DNA of 64,000 nucleotides, taken from assembly GCA_951406725.2 (NCBI GenBank), contig OX597835.1, positions 28,024,001 to 28,088,000 of the forward strand, read 5' to 3'. The notes below the pieces were generated by a model. It was not told where the DNA came from. It did no database searches and saw nothing but the letters and a program-made list of their open reading frames with translations. This stretch comes from Octopus vulgaris (Eukaryota). A program made the translations under genes and the position numbers. Shown here one piece after another: positions 53,186 through 63,046 of this stretch; positions within the stretch are counted from its first letter, which is position 1; each line of letters starts with the position of its first letter.

Positions 53186-53258
53186 CATGTGACCGCATGT
53201 GTACCGTTGGCGATTTTTTTCCTCTGTCTTCCCTTCCTTGGATCTTTCCTTTTCCTAT

Positions 53259-53293
53259 GTTTCTGACGAAGAGCTCTGCTCGAAACGTTAAAT
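53259..53293 (+). ncRNA. Minimal type I hammerhead ribozyme in element H2 (53183-53385)
   Basis: GTTT-CTGACGA-A-GAGC-TCT-GCTC-GAAAC-GTT^AAAT. Intact core; loopless palindromic stem III (AACGTT) typical of Penelope-associated minimal hammerheads. Confidence 0.8.
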
Positions 53294-53621
53294 CCTCCTT
53301 CTTTCTTTCCTTTCCTGAGCGTCCAAGAACACTATATTTGTTCCACATCCTCGCATTGTTGTGTTTTCATGTTTGGATTAACTTTATATATATATATATA
53401 TATACATATATATACATACATACATATATATATATATACATATATATACATATATATACATACATATATATATATATATACACACACATATATTCTTACA
53501 TACACACACATATATACATACATGCACACACACTCACACACACACACACACATACACACACACACATACACACGCACACATATCGTCAGTAGATCATATA
53601 TCCGAAAACAAACCACACTGT

Positions 53622-53869
53622 CCCTAGCCTTACAGACAGCTCGTCGGACTCCAATGGCCATGGGCATATAGCCTCTTTTCAAAATGGAATTAGGGAAGCA
53701 TCATGATCACTTAATTTTCAGACAATATATATCTTTGTTTACAAAATTAACTGACCATAACATTTTTCTATCTCCATTTTCAAAAGCTGTTATAACGCCC
53801 ACAGCCATTGATTGCAGTCTGACAAGCTGTCTATAAGGCTGGGCTTGGATGTGAAACCATTAGTCACTC
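53622..53869. repeat. Old fold-back (~105-bp arms) carrying a decayed hammerhead at 53816-53869 (+)
   Basis: 53622-53725 is an imperfect reverse complement of 53733-53843. The consensus of the two arms gives GAGT-CTGACGA-GC..GT-GAAAC-CATTA-GTC^ACTC. Confidence 0.6.
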
Positions 53870-53897
53870 TATAACCTGCCATATAATTAACTTCCTA

Positions 53898-53933
<36 letters not shown>

Positions 53934-53935
<2 letters not shown>

Positions 53936-54250
53936 ATCATCATCATCGTTTAACGTCCGTTCTCCATGCTAGCATGAGTTGGACGGTTCGACCGGGGATC
54001 TGGGAAGCCAGAAGGCTGCACCAGGCTCCGGTCTTATCTGGCAACGTTTCTACAGCTGGATGCCCTTCCTAACGCCAACCACTCCATGAGTCTAGTGGGT
54101 GCTTTTTACGTGCCACCTGCACTGGTGCCAGGCGAGGCTGGCATCGGCCACGGTCGGATTGGTGCATTTTATGGAAGCCAGTCGAGGCGGCACTGGCTTC
54201 GGCTACGATTCGGATGGTGCTTTTTACGTGCCACCGACACGGAAGCCAGT
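53934..54250 (-). mobile_element. RTE 3' UTR-type element (family D)
   Basis: (CAT)n, then CGTTTAACGTCCG..CAGCTGGATGCCCTTCCTAACGCCAACC and GGTGCTTTTTACGTGCCAC repeats. Confidence 0.82.
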
Positions 54251-54429
54251 GTGTGTGTCTGTAAATGCTGAAGAACAAGAATGAGTGCTCAACACTGCAT
54301 TGGTGAATAAAATTTCTTTCTTTGTTCATTAAGGCTACCATTAGATAAAAATATCTTAATATCTTAACAATTTTTCCAGCCAATCAGATGGAGGAATGGT
54401 GTTCATCTCTGGAGGCAAAGTGGCTGTGA

Positions 54430-54790
54430 TCTTTCCAAGTGTTGGGCCTCGTGGAGGCAAGGACCAAGACCTTTGGCATTATGTCGTGCTTGAGAAGAAG
54501 ACCTATCAAGCCGAGCAGAATTGCAGTTGTGGTAGATACTGGTGTCTTGCAAATTGGCACCTGTGCCAGTGGAACATAAAGGCGCCCCTGTGTCATGCAA
54601 ATGGCACATAAAAGCACCCATTACAGTCTTGGACTGGAAGGTGTTAAGAAGGGCATCCAGCCATAAAAAAATCATGCCAAATGAGACTGGGGTCTGGTGT
54701 AGCCTTCTAGCATGCCAGCGTGGTCAAACTGTCCAACCCATGCCAGCCTGGACAACGGGCATTAAATGATGATGATGATGATGATGATTA
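54430..54790 (+). mobile_element. RTE LINE extreme 3' end (ORF end running into the family D UTR)
   Basis: VLGLVEA..KDQDLWHYVVLEK followed directly by family D motifs and (GAT)n. Confidence 0.7.
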
Positions 54791-54802
54791 TATATATATA
54801 TA

Positions 54803-55223
54803 AGGCACAGGAGTGACTGTGTAGTAAGTAGCTTGCTAACCAACCACATGGTTCCAGGTTCAGTCCCACTGAGTGGCACCTTGGGCAAGTGTCTTCTACT
54901 ATAGCCTCGGGCCAACCAAAGCCTTGTGAGTGGATTTGGTAGACGGAAAACTGAAAGAAGCCCGTCGTATATATGTATATATATATGTATGCGTGTGTGT
55001 GTTTGTGTGTCTGTGTTTGTCCCCCTAGCATTGCTTGACAACCGATGCTGGTGTGTTTATGTCCCCGTTATTTAGCGGTTCGGCAAAAGAGATCGATAGA
55101 ATAAGCACTGGGCTTACAAAAGAATAAGTCCCGGGGTCGAGTTGCTCGATTAAAAGCAGTGTTCCAGCATGGCTGCAGTCAAAAATGACTGAAACAAGTA
55201 AAAGAGTAAAAGAGTAAAAGAGA
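54803..55223 (+). mobile_element. SINE family A, full length, (AAAAGAGT)n tail
   Basis: Complete structure. Confidence 0.9.
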
Positions 55224-55224
55224 G

Positions 55225-55259
<35 letters not shown>

Positions 55260-55269
<10 letters not shown>

Positions 55270-55540
55270 TAATATCAAAAAGTATTAAAAAGTTTAATAT
55301 AAGATAATAAGTAAAAAGTTTAAAAATTTATTAATATAAATTTTAAAAATATTTTTTAAAATATAAAAATTTATGAATATGAATTAATAATTTTAAATTT
55401 AAATAATTTAAATTTTTTAATTTTATATTTTTTATATATTTTGTATATTATATTAAATATTTTTATTTTAATGTTTTAGTTTATGTTTTTCACTGTTTCA
55501 TTTGCATAATAGTGGTTTTATCTCTAATTTAATTCATATA
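55260..55540. repeat. Extremely AT-rich element, direct duplicate of 57350-57630
   Basis: AATATCAAAAAGTATTAAAAAGTTT..TAATAGTGGTTTTAT.TCTAATTTAATT in both copies; the tail also matches 62005-62052. Confidence 0.85.
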
Positions 55541-55554
55541 TATATATATATATA

Positions 55555-55705
55555 TTACAATTACTCAATAGTCAAGATAAAACTCTGAGTTTCAGATGCC
55601 GAAGTGGAAATCCACAAAAACCATCTCTTCGGTTATCTGGTGTTGTGGATTTTCACTTCAGCATCTGAAACTCAGAGTTTTATCTTGACTATTGAGTAAT
55701 TGTAA
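55555..55705. repeat. Fold-back (63-bp arms) containing a hammerhead-like motif at 55575-55638 (-)
   Basis: Arms 55555-55617 and 55643-55705. Minus strand reads AGATAA-CCGAAGA-GATG..CATC-T-GAAAC-TCAGA-GTT^TTATCT (U4C core variant, 6-bp stem I). Confidence 0.75.
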
Positions 55706-55789
55706 CATATTAATTTATAGATAAATTTCCTCTATTTACATAATATTGAGGTCCCTTTCTTTCTTTTGTTATCTTACCGTTTTCACCAA

Positions 55790-55821
<32 letters not shown>

Positions 55822-55827
55822 CATATG

Positions 55828-55858
<31 letters not shown>

Positions 55859-55863
55859 ATATA

Positions 55864-55924
<61 letters not shown>

Positions 55925-55930
55925 ATATAT

Positions 55931-56243
55931 GTGGAGGCACAATGGCCCAGTGGTTAGGGCAGTGGACTCACGGTCGTAGGATTGTAGTTTCGATCCCCAG
56001 ACCGGGCATTGTGAGTGTTTATTGAGCGAAAACACCTAAAAGCTCCACGAGGCTCTGCCAGGGGGTGGTGATACCTGCTGTACTTTTTCACCACAACTTT
56101 CTCTCGCTCTTTCTTCTGTTGGCCTGCTTGCTTAGCCAGTGGGGTGGCGTCATTTGAAGGCTAAAGCAATTCAAAGCGCATTGTGACCGGCGATGTGTAG
56201 CAACATCTGATAGCCTGGTTGGTCACGGTCACGGTCACGGTGA
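55931..56243 (+). mobile_element. SINE family C with tail type 4 ending (GGTCAC)n
   Basis: Head and body as in 12165-12550, different tail. Confidence 0.85.
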
Positions 56244-56387
56244 TATATATAATATATAATATATATATGTCTTTCAGTGTATGTCTGTAGCTTTTTCAGT
56301 GAGTTCTTGCTGACTAATCAATCAATCAATCAATCTAGCCAGATACGTTAATTAGCTAGAGTATTCATTTATATATATATATATAAG

Positions 56388-56439
<52 letters not shown>

Positions 56440-57315
56440 TTTTCTAGTTACAGCTCAGAGCTGCAGCCATGCTGATGCACCACCGTTTTGTGCTACACTG
56501 TTATTACGACGAACCTCGTCTAATATGTGGCACTTGGTGAAGAATGGAGTTTGATGTAGCTACTCTCATTTGCACCTCTTGCCGTTAGGTAGGTTCATCT
56601 GGGACTCTTGATAGGAAGATGTCCAGCTTTGATTTAAAAACCAGACATATATTACTGCATACCTCTCCCGTCTTCTCTCTAGGGAGTAGAGTCTTAGCTG
56701 TTTCAACCTTTCCCAGTAGCTGAGCTGTTGCAAAGAGATGATCTTCTTTGTGAATCTTCTCTGGATTGCTTCAAGGTCTGCTGTTAATTTTACACTGGTG
56801 GTGACCATAGCTGTGAGCAGTAATCCAGGCAACTGAGGATGGATGTCCAACAGAGGACCATCATGGTTTCCTTATCTCTGGTTCTGAATGTTCTTAGGAT
56901 CCACCCAGCCAGTCGTCTGCACTTTGTCGCCATCCTGGTAATGTGCACTTGGAAAGAGGTATCATCACTCATGTCGATACCCAGGTCCCTCACAGACTTA
57001 GGCTCTGGGATTGAAATTGCCTGTGGACCGGTGTATCCTGTAAGTTTAATATTCAGTTTTGGATGCTGGTAGCGCAGGGCCTGGAATTTTTCAGCATTAA
57101 ACTGCATATTATTATCCTCAGCCCATCTGTAGATTGAGTCCAACTCCTGCTGCAGGTGTGCAACATCGCTGGTGTTCTGTATTCTCTGCAAGACTTTCGT
57201 ATCGTCTGCATAGCTGGCCAGAGTGGCTATCTGGGCATATGAGGGCATATCTGAGAGGGCCACTATAAAAAGCAGTGGTCCCAAGACAGTGCCCTGTGGA
57301 ACACCGCTCACTATT
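56440..57315 (-). mobile_element. CR1-group LINE, 5'-truncated: RT domain, C-terminus and 3' tail
   Basis: SGVPQGTVLGPLLF..YADDTK..WAEDNNMQFNAEKF..RDLGI..LDYCSQLWSP; frameshift; LEAIQRRFTKKI..YWERLKQLRLYSLERRRERY; 3' tail followed by poly(A). Confidence 0.93.
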
Positions 57316-57621
57316 TGTGTATTCATATAGATATATATATATAAATATATATATAATATATAATATCAAAAAGTATTAAAAAGTTTAATATAAGATAATA
57401 AGTAAAAAGTTTAAAAATTTTAAAATTTAATTTAAAAAATATTTTTAGAAATATAAAAATTTATAAATATGAATTAATAATTTTAAATTTAAATAATTTA
57501 AATTTTTAAATTTTATATTTTTTATATATTTTGTATATTATATTAATTATGTTTATTTTTATGTTTTGGTTTATGTTTTTCACTGTTTGATTTGCCTAAT
57601 AGTGGTTTTATGTCTAATTTA

Positions 57622-57679
<58 letters not shown>

Positions 57680-58310
57680 ATATATAATATGTAATATATA
57701 TATATTACCCTGCTTGCAAACAAGTGGTAACAGGAAGGGCATCAAGCTATGGAAAATCTGCCTCAACAAATTTCATCTGACCCAATGCAAGCATGGAAAG
57801 TAGACATTAAAACGATGGTCATCATCATAATCGTCATTGTTATACCTCTTTCTTAATATTTCATTTGTTATCATTATGAGCACACCTGAATCAACAGATT
57901 GTTTCTGTTGACTCAGGTATGTTGTTTGTTGAATACGTTATGAGTCTAATAAAGCTTTGATGTGAGAGATTTTTGATTTTATAACAATCATCGTCATCAT
58001 CATCGTCAACAACAGCGACATTCGATCTTGTTTCTCTTCCTGCTTAAGCTAACATGATGCAAAACCACTTACTTTACTCTCGTTTTAAATCCGTCTCACC
58101 CCCATTGACTCATTCTCTGATCACTAATCAATGCAGTGTAATAAACTCCTTTTTTTCTTCCTGTCACTTTCCATTACTTTCATTTTACTTCTCTTACTAA
58201 CACTCACTTATTTTTTGTTTGTTGCTTGTTAGCCTCCTACTATCTCTTCCACACTATCTCTTTAATATGGCAGTAAATAAATACTCATAGCTAATTAACG
58301 TATCTGGCTA

Positions 58311-58342
<32 letters not shown>

Positions 58343-58471
58343 AGTCAGCAAGAACTCATCGAGAAAGCTACAGACATAGACTGAAAGACATAGCCAAACA
58401 AAACTGCTGTAAAGAAAACCAACCAGCTCCTTTGTTTGTTTGTTTTACACAGGGGACAAGATAGATATTAT

Positions 58472-58882
58472 ACCTATTTCTTTACTACCCACAAGGGGCT
58501 AAACACAGAGGGGACGAACAAGGACAGACAAACGGATTAAGTCGATTACATCGACCCCAGTGCGTAACTGGTACTTAATTTATCGACCCCAAAAGGATGA
58601 AAGGCAAAGTCGACCTCGGCGGAATTTGAACTCAGAACGTAACAGTAGACGTAATACCTATTTCTTTACTACCCACAAGGGGCTAAACACAGAGGGGACG
58701 AACAATGACAGACGAACGGATTAAGTCGATTACATCGACCCCAGTGCGTAAGTGGTACTTAATTTATCGAGCCCGAAAGGATGAAAGGCAAAGTCGACTT
58801 CGGTGGAATTTGAACTCAGAACGTAACGGCAGACGAAATACCGCTAAGCATTTCGCCAGGCGTGCTAACGTTTCTGCCAGCT
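58472..58882 (-). mobile_element. SINE family B with ~183-bp tandem duplication
   Basis: TACCTATTTCTTTACTACCCACAAGGGG.. occurs at ~58471 and ~58655. Confidence 0.88.
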
Positions 58883-59397
58883 GCCAGTAGAGAGAGATCA
58901 TTCCTTGTGGGAGGACCAAAGCACCCCGCTCTACCCTGCATCAGTTCTTTTTCAAAGTGATGCTCTCCTGAGATAGGGAATCTGTGATGTGGCTTACGGG
59001 GTCCAATGTTTTGTTTGTACTTTACATTTTTTTAGCATGTTTTATAAGGCTAGTTGGCCTTGTTATAACCAAATATTTTAGAAAATTTAATAATGGAGAC
59101 ATTTTATCAAATTTACTATCTTTCATTAGTGAAAAACATTAGAATGGATGTTAAAAGAAGAAGAAGGAGAAAGAAAGGATAAGTAAGAAAACCAAGGTTT
59201 TCATCCCTTTTCACTGTAAAACCATAATTAATGTAGATGCTGCAGAATACTATCAGAGAAAGGAGGCCAAAGTCTGTGAGATAATTATTTGATCTGGAGC
59301 AAATGGTGTCCTCCAGACAAAAGAAACTTGTCCATGTGCATGCATTTGCTAAAACTTTCAGATCTGGAATTAAGTAGTGGGATAGAATTCAGTAGTA

Positions 59398-59632
59398 AGC
59401 TAAACCTTATAGAATAGGGAGAAAGCTAAGCCTTATAGAACAGAAGGAAAGCTAAGCTTTACAGAATAGGAGGAAAGCTAAGCCTTATAGAAAAGGGAAA
59501 AAGCTAAGCCATATAGAATAGGGGGAAAGCTAAGCCTTATAGAATAGGAGGAAAGCTAAGCCTTATAGAAAAGGGGAAAAGCTAAGCCATATAGAATAGG
59601 GGGAAAGCTAAGCCTTATAAAATAGGAGGAAA
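59398..59632. repeat. 26-bp minisatellite, 9 copies
   Basis: Unit AGCTAAGCCTTATAGAATAGGAGGAA at 26-bp period; no spacers. Confidence 0.93.
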
Positions 59633-59699
59633 GAGATGTGACTTATGCTTGAAAGAACACCAAATTTTCACTTTAAAATACACATTAGTAAACACAAGA

Positions 59700-59970
59700 C
59701 AAGAATGTGCATTGGGGTGTCTTCATGCATGAAAATGGATGTTTGGACAGTTTAAATGAAAACATAACGCAATACACGATACTAATAAAGGAACAGCCAA
59801 AATTGAATGAATGCTAACAAAATACTTCTACGTAGAGAATGTACTCAATACAACAGGTAGCACACAGAACTATCAGGAAATACGAAGAAGACTGCAAAAC
59901 CAAGAACTCCAACCTTGACCAACTTAAAACCATGCTCCACCAACGACTATGGCAGGGGTGAACTCTAAGT
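59700..59970 (+). pseudogene. Possible Penelope-like GIY-YIG endonuclease C-terminal remnant
   Basis: CIGVSS (YIG-like) ... RRRLQNQELQ-(frameshift)-LDQLKTM..GVN resembles the PLE terminus L..RE..WI..L.T..P.GLN; a hammerhead lies 100 bp downstream. Confidence 0.45.
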
Positions 59971-60067
59971 CAAGTTCCTATTAATAGCAACACCCTTACC
60001 TTCCACTGAACACTAAACAACAAGCATTTTCTTCATCCAGTTTAATTCGAGGCAAACCTAAGTTACA

Positions 60068-60151
60068 GATCCTGATGAAACTGCACTGACAGCATGGCAA
60101 GGTTGCATCTGCAGCAGCATGCAGTTACTGCAGTGGAAACATATGTAGGTC
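60068..60151 (+). ncRNA. Type I hammerhead ribozyme with long stem II
   Basis: GATC-CTGATGA-A-ACTGCA..TGCAGT-G-GAAAC-ATAT-GTA^GGTC; stem III is the palindrome ACATATGT. Confidence 0.75.
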
Positions 60152-60379
60152 AAGGCAATATGCTATAAATAATTGTAAAATAAATTATTGATGTGCAAAT
60201 CTCCATTCTCTTCGTTTTTGTTATTTTACATTCTACAGAACCTTTGCAAACCTGAGTAGGACACACGGAATTATCCAATGAGAAAATTTATGTAAGCAAG
60301 GGCATAGGATATCGACCGTTGTGCTAGCCAGCATCTGGAACTGAACTGAGAGCCAAGCATGGCATCCGCCTGGACAATA

Positions 60380-60800
60380 TCATCATCCTCATCATCGTTT
60401 AACGTCCGTTTTCCATGCTAGCATGGGTTGGACAGTTCGACCGGGGTCTGGGAAGTCAGAAGGCTGCACCAGGCTCCAGTCTGATCTGGCAGTGTTTCTA
60501 CAACTGGATGCCCTTCCTAACGCCAACCATTCCTTGAGTGTAATGGGTGCTTTTCACATGCCACCGGCACAGGTGCCAGGTGGGGCTGGCAGTGGTCATG
60601 ATCAGTTGGTGCTTTTTATGTGCCACTGGCACAGAAGCCAGTCAAGGCAGCGCTGGCATCAGCCACATTCGGATGGTGCTTTTTATGTTCCACTGGCATC
60701 GTCCACATTCAGATGATGCTTTTTACATTCCACTGGCACAACTACAATTTCCATTTGATATTTTATTTTGATGTTGATGTACTTGACTCAATAGGTCTCC
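60380..60800 (-). mobile_element. RTE 3' UTR-type element (family D)
   Basis: Reverse complement of 30290-30647, including four internal repeats. Confidence 0.82.
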
Positions 60801-61289
60801 TCAAGCACAGCAGGTTGCCCTACAATCCAAGGTAAGCACAGCAGGTCGTTCTGCAATCCAAGGTACTTTGGATGGAAACTCATTATGTGTAATGTAATGT
60901 GTGTGCATGTGTGTGTGTATACATTTACAAGCTTGCTTCAACTTACATCATTTTGAATTACATCATTTTTGATGTCAGATTCTTTTAAGAAATTAATGAA
61001 ATAAAATATACTTCAACTTCAGTCAATTTATCCAACTTTGTGCCAGTCACAGTAAGCTTATTTAAAAGCATAAACATTAAAAAAAAAATACCTAAAAACC
61101 AATACTGAAGTGCAAAATCAAATAAAATATATGTAAAAGTATACACAAACCATTTATTAAATAGATATAAGCTAATAAATTTTTTTAAATGCTTTTTCGT
61201 GTTATGTGTTTCTCGTGTTAAATCAGAGTTAGAATCAATTACCAACATAAGTTGAGGTATATATATATATATACCTCAACAGAGTGTAT

Positions 61290-61495
61290 ACTCGACAGAG
61301 TGTAATTACCTTGAGAGAAAAGTTGGACCTAAGAAGCATCAGGTGTGGTGTGCAAGAGAGATGACTGTGATGGAATGGTCATGTGGCGAGAATGGGTGAG
61401 GATAACTGTATGAAAAAGTGCCACACCCTAGCGGTTGAGGGAACCTGTGGAAGTAGTAGACCCAGAAGACCTGAGATGATGTGGTGAAGCACGAG
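61290..61495 (+). mobile_element. RTE ORF C-terminal fragment
   Basis: LREKLDLRSIRCGVQER*L*WNGHVARMGEDNCMKKCHTLAVEGTCGSSRPRRP. Confidence 0.8.
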
Positions 61496-61691
61496 AGGGA
61501 GACATAGTTATCATCATCATTGTCATTATCGTCATTGTTGCCGTTATGTCATCATTGCATCATATACATATATATATATATAATATTATTTATAATATAT
61601 TTAAATTTTTTCTATGTGATTTAATATAGATAATATCTTTCACTATCAATTGAATTACTTAATAGAGGTTATTTCTCTTAATTATATACAT

Positions 61692-61720
<29 letters not shown>

Positions 61721-61725
<5 letters not shown>

Positions 61726-62060
61726 TATATTAAATTAGAGATAAAACCACTATTAGGCAAATCATACAATGAAAAACTTAAGCCAATACGTAAGATTAAT
61801 TAATTTATATTATTTTAAATATATCAAAATTATTAAAAAAGATAATGAGTATAACACTACGATCGTTTCATGGCTGTCCAATTCGTAATTAATTACGAAT
61901 TGGACAGCCATGAAACGATCGTAGTGTTATACTCATTATCTTTTTTAATAATTTTGATATATTTAAAATAATATAAATTAATTAATCTTATGTATTGGCT
62001 TAAGTTTTTCATTGTATGATTTTCCTAATAGTGGTTTTATCTCTAATTTAATATAATATA
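61721..62060. repeat. 340-bp spacerless near-perfect palindrome containing two hammerhead 3' halves
   Basis: Centre 61890/61891 (CGTAATT|AATTACG), 170-bp arms, two mismatches seen. Each arm reads ..GCCAT-GAAAC-GATC-GTA^GTGTT outward from the centre. Confidence 0.95.
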
Positions 62061-62144
62061 ATATTTTACTATAAAATTAGATTTAATCCTAAATCTGATT
62101 TTTCCCTGTAAGTTTGGTTTTATTCACTTCACTAATATTTTATT

Positions 62145-62176
<32 letters not shown>

Positions 62177-63046
62177 CATCATCGTCATCATCATTATTTA
62201 ATGCCCATTGTCTATGCTGGCATATGTTGGATGGTTTCACCAGGGCTGTTAAGCTGAGGGGCTGCACCAGACTCTAGTCTGATTTGGCATGGTTTCTACT
62301 GCTGGATGCCCTTCCTAATGCCGTATATACATGTGTGTCTGTGTGTGTGTATAGCAAGAGAAAGAGAGAGAAAGTCAGGACACATGAGATAACATATTTA
62401 GTCCTACATGCAACAAAAAAAAAGAAAGGATGAATCGGTCATGAGTGGAGAGTCTCTAATTGATCGCCTGCACGATCAGGCTTAGGCTAAACAGCTACAA
62501 CATGTCATATATAACACAGCTGCTACTGCTGCTGCTACTGCTGCTGCTGCTGCTCCTGTTGCTGTTACTGTTGCTGTGGTTGTTGTCAAGTGTCAGCTGT
62601 TGCACTCTCTCTCTGTCGTGAAAAATCTATTGAACTTCTGATTCATTGATTGAATCACAATAACACTAAATATTTTTCCATATCAAATTATCTGAGATTT
62701 TATGGTGAAATTGTTTGATTTTTCATTCAGTTTGTGTTTTGTTTTTGTTTGGTAGTTTTTGTTTTTTTTTACTTTTGGTTTCTTTTTTTTTTTTGTAGTT
62801 TTTTTTTTTTTTTTAGTTGTTGTTGTTTTTCACTTCTGGTGTTTTGCTGTCAGATATTTTTCTGTGTGTTTAAAAAAAACATTTCAAAAATGTGTGTCCA
62901 TCGTGCATTACTTTGGAGATGCCTCGTAAGCTGTTTTACCCAGATTTGTTACGTGTTTCAGCAATCATCGTCATTGTTATCATTGTCGTCATTTTTAACA
63001 TCTACTTTTCCATACTTGTGTGGGTGGTTGAAGCAGAATTTCTATG

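Noticed and set aside
55931-56010. tRNA gene (also the other SINE heads)
   Set aside because: A/B-box-like heads run into SINE bodies; no clean cloverleaf or terminator; multi-copy and diverged.
59398-59632. CRISPR-like regular repeat
   Set aside because: Contiguous 26-bp units with no unique spacers, no cas genes, eukaryotic context.
60239-60291. Possible second exon of the plus-strand gene (TTCTACAG|..|GTAAGC)
   Set aside because: Stop codon in frame with the 45404 ATG; lies in the 3' flank of the PLE-like element.
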